The notes under the pieces were generated by a model. It worked only from the letters and a program-made list of their open reading frames with translations. It had not been told where the DNA came from and did no database searches. Position numbers and translations under genes: made by a program. Source: Haliotis rufescens (lineage: Eukaryota). Taken from it: a stretch of 64,000 bases of DNA. Position 1 is the first letter of the stretch. Each line of letters opens with the position of its first letter. Where the stretch lies: the NCBI RefSeq assembly GCF_023055435.1, contig NW_025963890.1, positions 37,572,001 through 37,636,000 of the forward strand. Reading direction: 5' to 3'. Positions 24,455 through 36,950 of the stretch are shown here, in pieces.

Positions 24455-27400
24455 TGATCCCTCGATATACCGCTGTCATCGGGGTCCAAGAAACTGACCC
24501 CGCGGTGTAGGAAAGCGCGTTGTACAGATATTCCTTGCTGAGGTTCACATTACGTAATGATGGTAGGGAATGGAACAGTGGCGCAATTATTTCACAGTGG
24601 CATGGGACATGTAGATCTATGTAACACTGATCGTGGACGATGATTCAAACTGCATGCGTAAAAAAATAAAAATACTTTGTGTAAATATATCAAAGTAGTC
24701 TGTATTATTTAACGACTGGATGTTATACTTGTAGAATCTAAATAAATGTTGTTATATTTTAAGTTTTTCGGGAGAAAATTGGTCCGATCGCCGATCTACT
24801 CACATTATCGATCGATGACAGTACATTACAAAGCCAAACCAGCCTTGTAACGAAACTAATGTGCAACCAAGGCTGTGATTGGTTAATAAATAATGACGTG
24901 TCAAAGTTATGAAAAACCCGGACACGGCCGGCTCTCTGTATGCACTTTATGTACAATGTACATTGACATGACGTGCATAACTACACGGTCATTTGAGCGA
25001 TTTATAAAAATCAAACACAAACACAAACGTAGATTTGAGTGGATAAGAGATATATTTAGTTCCGTTAATAATGATAATTATGCAAAGGGAAAATTGCACT
25101 CAAAATTCTTGATACCATGCAACTGGTGTGTGTACATGACGTAATGTATGAACACATTTCTATTTACTAAAAAAGTCACTAATTTTGTATTGTTTCTGAC
25201 TGTCACGTTCCTCGTTTCTAAGTTGTGACAGTATGCAGCGGACTTGCATCACGTGTAGCTGTTCGTATTTTTCACTTTTTTCTAAGTGCCGCAATAAAAG
25301 CTCGGCCCCATAAATGGCATCTCGAACGGAGGGTGCCATTGCCTGTACACTGTTTTCACTGTCACTGTTTTCCTCTTCCTCTTCATCGTCGATGATTTCG
25401 ACGGGCATTGCTGCGGCAACCAACACTTGGTCGTTGAGAAGTTCGGCAATCGGCAGGTTGTCATCGCACGCGTTCCACATCATGGCCGTCTTTTGGGATA
25501 CATCGATGCTGTTCTCCTTAGCATAGTCGCGGAACTTTTGTACAGCATCGATGACATCTTCTTCCTGAAACCCCACGAAATCTTCGTCAACCCCGAATGC
25601 TGGTCCAAGTCCTTTCATCCAGCAGTTGTTGATGGTGGCTGGCGTCACCTTCATCCAGGCTTTGGATGTGTGAAGAACAGCATCCTTCACTGTGACTGTC
25701 TTCAGGAACGCAACAGGGTCCAATCCTCTATCCACCAACGCACTCACTAAAAATCTCCGATAATGTGCCTTGTATGCTTTGATTATCCCTTGGTCGAGCG
25801 GTTGAATGAGGGAGGTCGTGTTTTTCGGCAATAAGAATGCCTTTATTAGTCCATAATGTGACTGCAATGTACTTGCTGGGGGATGGGCGGGGCAGTTATC
25901 CAATAGGAGGATGGCTTTCTCCTCCAAGTTCCGTGATCGGAGATGGTCACGGACAGCTGGGACAAACTTGTGGAAAAACCAATCTTCAAAAATCTTGGCT
26001 GTCATCCACGCATTTGCAGAGGCGCTGTAGTGTGTGGGCAGTGCTTCTCTGTTGACGTGATGAAAGCACCCTTGGGATTCTGGGCACTGCCGATCACCAA
26101 AGGCTTCAACTTGTGAGTCCCATATATATATATGAAACAAAACAAATATTACATATTCAAATGAAGTTCATAAAAAAAATGTTGTATATTCAAATTTGAA
26201 AAAAAATATTCAAAAATACTGATCAGAAACGAGAAAATACTCGTGCCATGATCGTTAACAGCCCTGATTCATCACATCAGAGTAGTAACCGTCTGATCAT
26301 CAGATGTGCATCAGTTTTGGCTTCACACACACACAAATTAGACTGGCATGCCGTGATATAACTCAAATCCTGTTCAAAGCGACGTAACATTGAACACATT
26401 TACTCTGATTCATTATGTCTACGAGTACCTGCAAAAGGTTTTGAACACTTTCACAGGGAAGTCAGTATAATGCAAATACAATATACATGAGAATAATTTT
26501 ATTATTGCCGATTCAAAGCCGTAATTATAACAAGAAAGACTGGGGAATTGGGTGCAATACTGCTCTGAGCTTGGAACATCAGTTGTATCACGGCATGATA
26601 GCTCAATGAGGGAAGTGTCAAAGTAAAGAATATCGAATTCATTGACCAACCAACTACCAATTGCCCCCCATGACTTATCCACACAAGCACACATGCTGAC
26701 TTTATATGTTTGTTGTTTAACGTCACACACAGCAAGGTTCCAGCGACAAGTATATGACGGCGACCTGTAAATAATCCAGTCTGGCCAGACAATACGCATT
26801 TGGGATACGATTCAACCACGTCAGCAAGCATGACCACATGATCCCGTTAAACAACAAACAAGGGTGTCTGAAGACCAATTCTAGCCCGGATATTTCACGG
26901 GACGACTTTGTATGTGTAGGATCAAAACCGCGTCCGAGGTTTTGTTTGGGAAGTATGCCCGCGGAGGAGGGAAAGGGGGGAGGGCCGATAGGCCCGACCC
27001 CCTTTCCCGAGGCCAAGTCCCGAGTCCCTTTCCCGAGGCCAAGTCGAATGAATTCCACTGAAGAGGATGGACGCAGACAACAACGATATATTTCTGACGC
27101 AGTCAGTTTTTAAAGAATCGGCATCCTGTGCTGAAGAAGACAAGGAAAGTGATGACTTTAAATTCCGTTTAGGAGATCCACTTTCCGAGCGTGAAATAAC
27201 CTTACAAGTTACCGTCAAAAGACTGTGCAAGACGTCCGGTATTGAGGGCATGAAGACAAACCATTCCTTGAGAGCCACGGCAGCCACTCGATTGTATCAA
27301 GGTGACGTTGATGAACAAATGTTTTGCGAAATTACCGGTAGGTTGATAAACATTTTAGTCCTGCAGTAATCGGAAATTGTTATTCAGCAAAAGTCATAAC

Positions 27401-28760
27401 ATATCAAAGAAATATTTTTTCCAAACCAGTAAGATGCTCTTTTCTATTTATGATATATATGGTAATATTGGGTTTCAGGACATCGGAGCGACGCCGTTCG
27501 AAATTACAAGAGAACTTCTGACAACCAAAACGCAACGTTCTCTGACATACTTAGTATGTTGAAAAAAAATGAACTCGCCATCACGTGAAGAAGCTGATCC
27601 GAAAAGAGCAGATGACCAATGACCTGAAGACAAACTAATTCGAACTGTGACTTTCAATTTCAACTAATATCAATAAATAGTTGAGCCATGTTTTTTTATG
27701 CAGAAAGGTAATTCAATACAGAGGGTATTTTTCGGGACAAAAACCAGGCTTTCAGTAGAAAATCTCCCGGGATTTTTTGCAGAAAGCCCGGGGCTTACCC
27801 TAGGAATGCTCGGGGCTTACCCTGGGAATGCCCGGGGCTTACCCTGGGAATGGCCTGTAAACTACCAGTAGAGGTTTAGTCGGTAGAGAAGACCCTGGCG
27901 AGACAATAGAGTGACGTCACTAGAGGTTTATAAGTACCCTTTTCAACCACACGTGTAGCAGAATGTACACATGCACGGGATATACGAACTATGGGACTCA
28001 AGACATTATAAATTCTCTCCAACTAAGTCATATTACCAGCACATCTTCAACCTGTTAGTTGCCTTTAATCTGAAATTGTTTATTTTCTTACAGCAGAAGA
28101 GGGTTTGCAAAATATTGCCAAGAATAAGCCTACAAATGCAAGTACTCTCTTCGACACCAAGCACCAGCCTAGTGCTGCAGTGGACGGTGACCTAAGAGCA
28201 AGGTGGTCTTCTGGCTCCTGTTTTCATGGAAAGAACGGTGATTTATCACCTTGGTGGCAGGTGGACCTGCTGGACACCTACATCGTTGTGGAAGTCCGTG
28301 TCACCAGTAGACAAGACTGTTGTCGTAAGACAAACGTTTGTTGGATCTTTCAACATTATATTTGCTGATATTTCAAACATAAAACAAACGTCAAGCACAT
28401 TCTTTTTAATACAGTATTCGCCTCTATATTATTAACAATGAGTCGCGAAGGAATCTTTAAATTTGTTAATACCATATATTGTACACGTTACATAACACTG
28501 ATGTTTCAGCTGAACGCCTGCACGACTTTTCTCTGGACATGTACCAAGCCGACCCAATGGTTAACCATTATCTCAGTTCACAACTGCGTTACATGTACAG
28601 CGGAGCCGTCACAGAACCTGGCACAACTGTTGCCATACAGTGCACCTCACCCGTGACTGGACGCTACCTGAGAGTTAGTGGAAAGAAAACAAAAAAAAGA
28701 AACGACATGCTGCAGTTTTGTGAAGTTGAGGTCTTTGGCTTCAACCTGATACATTGGTAA
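23276..28760 (+). CDS. Secreted PAN/apple + EGF-like + F-type lectin protein, copy B, ~292 aa
   Basis: Exons 23276-23590, 24116-24197, 28094-28324, 28510-28760; exons 2-4 have the same lengths (82/231/251) and phases as copy A; intact H-x27-RQDCCPER fucose motif and AVDGD Ca-binding motif. Confidence 0.9.
24452..26110 (-). mobile_element. pogo/Tigger DNA transposon, 5'-truncated; DDE_1 ORF 25160-~26090
   Basis: End TA|CAGTGATCCCTCG after a (TA)n run; motifs NAWMT..IF.DWF, LLLDNCPAHP, LPKNTTSLIQPLDQGII, Q.KISDFF; CENP-B HTH absent. Confidence 0.92.
27067..27660 (+). mobile_element. Internally deleted Crypton-type tyrosine recombinase remnant with a spliceosomal intron (27338-27478)
   Basis: KTNHSLRATAATRLY...EQ..CEITG|HRSDAVRNYKRTS after GT-AG splicing gives the H-x-x-R, H and Y catalytic residues. 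Confidence 0.8.
27787..27852. repeat. 22-bp tandem repeat x3 (cccggggcttaccctgggaatg)
   Basis: Three near-identical units downstream of the Crypton remnant. Confidence 0.85.
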
Positions 28761-29737
28761 GATTGCATTGCTAGGTGATATGCAATTCTTTGATCAACAG
28801 CTAGCAGGACCTATTTTGTAGGCCAGATGCTATACTTTAAGTGGCTACTCTGAATTACAATTAACGCAGGATCACACAAGAAAGAATATGTTTGACATGA
28901 CTTCACTCCAATAACAGTTTCTGTTGCTGATACTACCATATTCCATTGTCTGGTTATCGAATGACCTCATCCACTGCGCTGCTGGTGATAGGCACCTTTT
29001 TGGGGATCCAATTATATCTCGAAAATAGAAATGGTATAGTCAACATTGTCGCAATCAAAAGCTTTTTTTGAGTGGGTAATTAATTTCCGGGGAATGAATT
29101 GCCATTGTCTTTCTCAATTTTTTAAGTTTTAATGTACAACGTTTTAGTGTCTAAACAGCAATAGAACTGTGTATGTAAGAAGTACGGTTACGTGTTTTTT
29201 CACATGAACGTGTGTTCAACATTTTCTTTACATACACTGTGTTTACACTACTTTCGTGTACATTGAAGTGATGGATTATAAGGTGTTCCTTTCGAGAGGT
29301 ATTTACTCACGTGAATTGTTTTGATTTACAGAATATTCACTTGTCCAACGACAGCTGAGGGTTCTTACCGTCAGTGATCAGTCGCGGGATGGAGAAGATT
29401 TTTGGTTTGTTTACATGTTCTTTAAAGCAGCACTCGGGTATATTCCATCTATTTGGAATACAACCGCCTCTAAATAATTCAGTCTGGAACAGTCAAACTA
29501 GTTGTATTATTAGCAACATCACCGACCTGACCACCTATGAAATAAGTCGCCTTATTTACCGTCATCATACGAGATGGAGAAGATGTCTGGGTGACCATTA
29601 TGTGTTTATGAACTGTGTCAGTTGGGACTCGACGACAGCTGCTGAACGGTAGTGTTGTGTAATGTGTTTAGTCGGGCTTTGTGCATTCACACTGTTTTGT
29701 TGTATCTGCTCTTTATATAAATATAACTTGTTGTTAC

Positions 29738-29962
29738 CCTGTCTGGCGCTCGGCATTAAGGGGCTAAAACATGGACTGGTCGGCTCGGAGTCTGAGTGGG
29801 ATATTCATGTTAAACTGCGGCATGGTATCTCAGTGGGCTAGCACTAAAAATCGGCATCAGTCCGGACTTGTACAAGCAGCCACACACACACACGTGCATG
29901 CATGTCGCTATGTAAGTGCAATAATCTTGGACGCGATGTTAAACCCCATTTCACCTCACCTT
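29738..29962 (+). mobile_element. SINE family C body (Meta-domain-like); related pieces at ~41430-41520 (-), 41735-41925 (+), 59500-59685 (-)
   Basis: Shared cgctcggcattaaggg...ggactggtcggctcggagtc...ctgagtgg and tail gacgttaaaccccatttcac; tRNA-like head at 59600-59685 on - strand. Confidence 0.65.
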
Positions 29963-32914
29963 ATATAAACTTAGGTGCAATTTAACGGATGTTCTACCCA
30001 AACGTGAGTTTCGAAATGTTTTTTGTTGTTTATTTTCATTCATATATAACGCAATCTAAATCGAATTTGTGTCTAATCAGTTAAATTTTGGATACACAAA
30101 ACGTTGACGATATACTTTTCCTTTCTTTAAACATATCAAATGAATGAGTATGAAACAAATTCGTGCACGTGACCCTTAACGTCAACATGTTCAGACACTG
30201 TGGTTCATTGTTCATTTGAACTATCATTCAGCAATATTAGTTTATTTACAGAAACACTACTACTGCCAAGAAGTTCATTGCAATTTCACTCATGGGCACC
30301 GCGAGTGCACTCCGTTGGCTGCTGGTGAGGAATCCGTTCGTCACGCATGTGCCACCCGCGTTCTACGCGTTGGCCACGTGTGTGCAACGCATCCACCGTT
30401 GGTGTATGACCCGTGACTCACTTGTATCAGAGGGAACAAAAGTTTGACAAAAGATGAATCCCTGTCCATGTGAAATAGGAGGTCGTACCAAGAAGTACAT
30501 TTGCTTTTCGCCCGAAGGAAAAGTGAATATCACGTTCATATAGTTTTGCGATATATCTACAAGGTAGGAGTACACATCACATAAACACGTACTCACTTTC
30601 ACTTGATAAGCAGAATGTGAGTGTGCATGACAAAGTAGACACAATTTATGGATAACAACAACTTCAACAAAGGCCTTTACAGTATTTAAGAAGTTCTTAT
30701 CCATAAATTCTGTCTACTTTGTCATCCGTCAACTTCTAAGTAAGGCCTATCAAACAATTCTGAGTGTGTATGTTTTACGACCCATTTAGCAATATTCCAG
30801 TAATACGTACCCCACCAGAAATGGGTTTCACACATTAATTGTACCTAGGAGGAGAATTGAAACCGGGTCTTCATCGTGATGCGCGACCGCTTTAACCACT
30901 ACCCCACCGTCCCAGCAAAATGTAATTTTCTTTATAGACCAACTTTATTTTGATTGGTTTTTATCCAAACCTGAAATAATTCTATGTATCATTTTATTTC
31001 TATCATTGTTACGTTGTCAAAAGGACTCATGTATGAAATGAAACTGCGTAAACCAAGACAAATTTCAATAAACATTATTGAACCATATCGTGTTAAAGAG
31101 TTGTTATTGTTTTTGTTAGAACGTTTAACTTCACATTGACGTACAGTGTATACATGCATATATAATTAGACGAATATCTAGACGTTTAAAAGTCACTCTG
31201 TAAGGCGTATTATCCTCGACTCTTTTGAAACGAACATTGACCTCAGGATTGTAGGACATTGAGCACTGAAACATGGGCATAAAATTGGTTATTGAAACCT
31301 AACCCTCGACAATGGTTCCTCAAGAAGGATTGTCAATGGGAAATGTTCACTAAATGTCAGTGAACAGTGCTATTGTGCTCTAGCACACATTGTCCGGGAC
31401 AATGATATCTAGTGTTCATTGCCCCCCATGACATTGAAAACTACGTCACACGCCCTGTCACACGCATTGCACACCATTGGTAACTCGTTGCAAACGGGTG
31501 CCTTAAAGGTTGCACACATGCCATGTGTTCTCAACGCCAGTAGGGCGGTGGGTTACTCGAATGGTCACGCCAAAGCGGGTTTGATTCGGAAGGGTTTGTA
31601 CCAGAAACGAAAGAAACATCTATGCCAGACAGATATAATAAATATATATATACAGCAGGCATCAGAAGTGTCTGTACCAGACGAGTCAGGGATATCAATG
31701 CCACAGGAGTCTCAAGTGTCAAAACCGCAGATATTTGCTCAGTCCCAAATTACCATAACGTGTCATGGTATTTTAATACTTATTTAAAAACCTTAGATTT
31801 CACTACTGCTAAACGGGCAAATATTGTCATAGGAGCAAATGACATCACCAATTACACCAAAGCGTGCCAGTGTGACATCATGTCTGACTCACAGCAGTTT
31901 TAGTCATGCAGACTTGCTGCTGAAAATAACAGATAATATTTTATATTTACAATGTCGATAAACAGTGTTAGGTGCTGATTCCCAAGTTGAAACGCAAAGG
32001 TTAAGCCAGAACTCGTAACCTACAGAATTAAGAAACTTCTAGAAACTGTAACCTCTGGAAGCGACTCAAACTATGCAGACCTGGAAGTGGAGCTCCTACA
32101 TCTGGGGGGAGGGGGGCTAACGAAGGTGTCGGGCACTGGGACAAATTATGGACTGTAAGCACTATAGGAGATCACTCTATTTTGCGAGCTGCCGTTGGTG
32201 TATCAGAACGCTTGACATATTGTGAGTGTTTTAATTAGGTGCCACAAAAATCATCACCTACAATGTATACTGCCTCACAACAACAGAAAATTACAGTTAA
32301 TCAGAGCATTTCAGTTAAAGTACTAAGGCTGTTACAATCCAGTGCACGAACTGAAAGAAAGCGCTCGTTAAATCGACAGCGTAAGAAAAAGAAAGAGAAG
32401 TCGTAAACACGAGTGTATACCATGAGTGTACCAACAGTGCAACCACAGAAAAACATGAGATCGGGTATTTTAAAGTCCGCTTATACCTGTATCATTCAGG
32501 CTAACTTGGGCAGTCCAGAATGAACAGTCGCAATTGCACGTACCAGGACTGCGTTCGCTCGTCCTTGCTGAAACTCAATCGGACTCAACCAACAGGTGTC
32601 GACGTGGCGCACTGGCACTTTGGATAAAGTTCTAAAGGTAAGGTTAGCTCCTACAGCTATAAAGGCATGTCTAAATAATAACTGAGCAGCATCGTTCATC
32701 ACGAACATATCTTTGCTTCCCTGGGTGTTACGGTATATGGCAACCATCGTGGTAACCATCGTGGCGTCATAACTGTCTGCCATGGGAAGACTCGCTCATG
32801 CTTGCATCCATGCTGGGGCAGGTCATACAGCAGGACACCAAAGGGAACTGGGATTGAGATAATTGGCAATCCTAGCAAGTCGTTAAAACACCACTTTGTT
32901 GCTCTGCTAACTTA

Positions 32915-33024
32915 AAGTTTATAAAGTTTAGCTTTTTATCGGTTTCGTTCACAGACGATAGCCCAATCCAACTGAACGGAACTTTTGTTTACACTGAGGC
33001 CGATAAAAAGCTAAACTTTATAAA

Positions 33025-33027
<3 letters not shown>
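32915..33027. mobile_element. Small MITE-like element with 28-bp TIRs
   Basis: aagtttataaagtttagctttttatcgg ... ccgataaaaagctaaactttataaactt, followed by (TA)n. Confidence 0.7.
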
Positions 33028-33077
<50 letters not shown>

Positions 33078-33079
<2 letters not shown>

Positions 33080-33180
33080 TTAATTTTAAAACTTGGAACC
33101 ATCATTTACCTATTGAAACTGGAAGAAAAATAGTTTTAATCAAAACTCTCTCTCTATATATCTATATATCTATCTATATA

Positions 33181-33247
<67 letters not shown>

Positions 33248-33340
33248 ATAGATACAAAACATCTGCAATCTCTTTTGATTAAAACTATTTTTCTCCCACT
33301 TTCAATAGGTAAATTATGGTTCCAAGTTTTAAAATTAAGT
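33078..33340. repeat. Fold-back palindrome: ~68-bp arms around a (CT)n(TA)n(AG)n core; right arm is the 3' region of a minus-strand LINE fragment (to ~33750)
   Basis: Both strands translate to LNFKTWNH.LPIE.GRKIVLIK, resembling the NH.LPIE.GR motif near LINE ORF2 C-termini. Confidence 0.85.
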
Positions 33341-34170
33341 AAGACTTGCCAAACATTTTCCTTCAGTTCGTTTAATTTAAACACAAATGTGACTTCATTC
33401 TCTTGTTTGAACGCTCCATTTTTTTCAGGAATGGAGAGTTATTTGTCAACTGTACATTATCTTGAACCAACATTTATATTTATTTCCACTTGGAATTGAC
33501 GGAACTATATTTTGCATTTATTGACAAGTTTATTTTCCGAAAACATAGGGTTCGAACCCGGATGGTTTGATCTGAGAACGTGTAATTGTACTTTGTACAT
33601 TCAGATAATAGATATTGTTTCAGTTCTTTTCGACATGATCACACCTGTCACAAATCACCATATGAAAATTACAACAATTGGAACATTCATTGTACATGTC
33701 TTTCCCATATTGCCCATGTGACGTTAAATAATAACTCACTCACTCACTCACATGTCTTTCCCAACAAACCCGACAGATAAGTTTATCAAGATTGTATTGA
33801 AAAAGAAGGATGTATTTAATAATCTCAAAAAGCTAGAACAGATACTCCCGCTGTAAACTGGAAATATGCCTTAACAATTGGAACAACATCTAGGGTTGCC
33901 CTAACCTGATAGCAAACACTTTGTGATGAAAACAACAATATACCCGTGTGACGTATTATGTTTCCAAGTGACAGGGTGTGGATTGTACATTTCACAGCTT
34001 TCATGCGCAAAAAAAGTAATCGGTAACAGGTGGCCGTTGATCAAGTTAACACAACTTTATAAACTGATACTGAAAAACGATATTCATGAGTGAAAGAGAT
34101 AATCACCAGCCTGTGTTAGGGGGTAATAATCCTCAATTTACACCTCTTTTTTCTGTCCAGCCCTGGCAAC

Positions 34171-35412
34171 ATGACATCCACTGCTACATCGTTACTGACG
34201 CATAAAAACCCGGGAAGGAGGCCTGACCCGCGCAAAAATACGAAAAGAAGGGTTTCCTTTGCTGAAAATGTTGCAAACTTCATCGTTACATTGAAAAGGC
34301 GAAGGGGCAGTGTAAAGGATTCGCTCGACGGTGACAACAAACAGACACAAATATGTTTCAAAGTCAATTTGTTTAATAAGTTTGGCGCAACTAGTGAACT
34401 AGTCCTGCACCATGACCGTGGAATATATTTATTTTATGAAAAAATAATAATCTAGAAATGCATACAAAAGCAAGTCTAGCCATCTCAAGCTAGCTCTATT
34501 CTGAAATCAGCATAGAGAATTGTTTTTATTTTTAGAGTCAAGAAGGATATTGTGTAATATAAGATTTCAGAGACTAAATGTTAGTCTACTAGTGAACCAA
34601 ACCTTGTTGATGCCAAATACGTCTCGTATGTTTACGACGGAGCCATATTAATCACCGATTTCTTGGATGGAAGGGTAGTTCAATATGAACGAAGTGGCTT
34701 ACCAAAGAGAACATTTTTGACAAGCGAGTATTCCGAGCCTTGTGCAGCAGTAATGACGCCAGAAGGTAACGTGGCCGTAACGCTGCGACGTCAACGTTGC
34801 GTGACGGTGTGGACAACAGATGGTCACTGTTTAGGAGAATTTGGGCAAGATCTACTGCAATGTCCAACTGGATTAGGAGTGGATACATCAGGCAGACTTT
34901 ACGTCAGTGATGAGGAGGAGAATGACGTATACGTGTTTCACAAAACAGGGAGGATTTCACACAGATTTTCGGATACCATGAAAACGACACTGTGTCAACC
35001 TCGATATGTGTGGTGCTCTCGCTCTGACCGTGTGTTAGTATCTGATTCTGGGAACCATTGTGTGAAGGTTTTCAACACTCAAGGAAAGCTTCTTTTCCAT
35101 TTTGGATCTTATGGAAATAAAGATGACCAGTTCAAATTCCCATACGGAGTGTGTGCAGACCAAGATGACAACATCATTGTTGCCGATCACTATAATGACC
35201 GAGTGGTTTTGTTTTCTCCTTGCGGTGAATTCCTACAGAATCTTGTCACCTCGGCCAAAGGCCTGAATAGGCCATGTGGTGTTGCAGTAAGATCATCACA
35301 CACCAGAAAACTCTACATCACACACGGGGACCTCATGTCGTTGGAGGTGGTTGTATTCAATATGGTCCCATTAGAGTATCACATCCAAGTAGATATGGAA
35401 CAAAATGTTTAA
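34171..35412 (+). pseudogene. NHL-repeat protein paralog 1, interrupted by a 189-bp insertion (34400-34588)
   Basis: ORFs 34171-34455 and 34663-35412 are in the same frame; removing the insert and one CTAGTGAAC copy restores FNKFGATSEPNLVDAKYV...; NHL motifs PTGLGVD, SDSGNHCVKVF, FKFPYGVCAD, VADHYNDRV; acceptor AG at 34159-34160. Confidence 0.8.
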
Positions 35413-36269
35413 AATTGAGTTGTTCCGAGCGAAGAATGAAACTACATTGTAGTTATCTAGACTTACCCGCTAGACTTGCATGGGCTGAACTGAATATATG
35501 TCTTCCAGGGTCTGTATGACAAACTAAAGTACTGTCGGAAATGCTAGAAAACTGCTTTTTGCCTGTTATAAAAGAATATAATTTTTCACAGACTGTTGTT
35601 ATTGAAATATCGAATAACTACCGATCGACCTACCTGTGGTTTGAAGTATTTCAGTCACAAGGAGTCCTATCGACAAGTTTACAGGAGACAAATTCGAACG
35701 AAAACAGGAAATTTACTTTTATTCTAAGTGCAATGGTGGCAGTCTGAAACGGACTATAGAAATATGCGAACGTGACTCCGTTATAATGATAATAATGTAG
35801 TCTTAATAAAACATCTCATCCACACACAAAACTCATTTTGAGAAAATTCTAGATGCACATCTACTAAAATGACAAAATGATGCTGCGTTTGTTTTGTTAA
35901 CATTGCTCCCATGATGCATGTTACATTACACTTCCAAAGCCATAACCATGGTCCACGATATGGAGTCTGTACTGGGAAATGTATGCAAGTTCTTTACACT
36001 TTAGAGAGATAGAGGGAAACCATTTATCAATTTAGAATGGGTGAATTACCGAACTGCCCAAGCTATTGGATTTTCAATTCATACCATCAAGTCTACGGAA
36101 TGATAAATAAAACAAACCAGGTATAGGGGTCTTCTCAAAAACAAAACTGGGACGTAAAAGGATATAAGACAGCTTTGATACATGGTGATTACGCGTATAG
36201 GGTACAAGCTTTTTTAGCAGAAGGTAACCCTGACTTGAAGAATTTGGGAGGAATTAAAGATACAATTAA

Positions 36270-36950
36270 TGTTAACTGCACTAACTATTGCTCTCCAAGA
36301 GATGGGATTTCGATACACTGCGCGTGGCGATGACCGAGCACTTTTCAGGGGAAAATATTCTATCCTGTCTGTGAGGTCACATGATCTTCGAACCATTCAT
36401 AACTATCACAGTAAAGGCGTCCAGATAATTTACCATATGATAACCACTGATATGGGGCTTATTGATGGATGTGTGCTGGTTTTCGAGGCGAAAAAAGAAA
36501 ACTGGTGATTTTCATAAGGAGGTGATGTGTTCTTAGACTGGTTGGAACTTCAGCTATTGCCCATTTTAAACAACGTCTGTGTCATTGTCATGGATTACGC
36601 CAGTTAATATAACGTCCGGGAATCAGATACTGTCACCCAAACCATGAGTTGTCTGAAGGCGACCATACAGGAATACATGACATTGTCAACTTCAGACCAT
36701 ATAAAACGAAAGTTCAACTTATGGAGAAAATTCGGCTGAATAAGAACCCTGTAAAGTACAGGACATTTGTGCTGGCGGCACAATACGGTGACGTTTTCTC
36801 ACGTACGCCAGTTAGACATTGTGAGCTCAACCCTGTTGTGCCCATCTTGGCTAAGAGTAAAGGATTCGTGGCAAGACATAACACGACATTCAAAAGTACA
36901 GATTCATATACGTCATCAGCGGAGATAAAGGCTACCTCAAGAAATCATCT
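36270..36950 (+). mobile_element. Degenerate IS630-Tc1-mariner-type transposase remnant
   Basis: Pieces MGFRY, IIYH, GCVLVFEAKK, GDFH, SVIVMDYAS, RTPVRHCELNP, FVARHNTTFK in shifting frames. Confidence 0.6.

Noticed and set aside
25160-26140. Domesticated TIGD/Jerky host gene
   Set aside because: DNA-binding N-terminus missing, ORF start lies in TA-repeat flank, and a transposon end is retained
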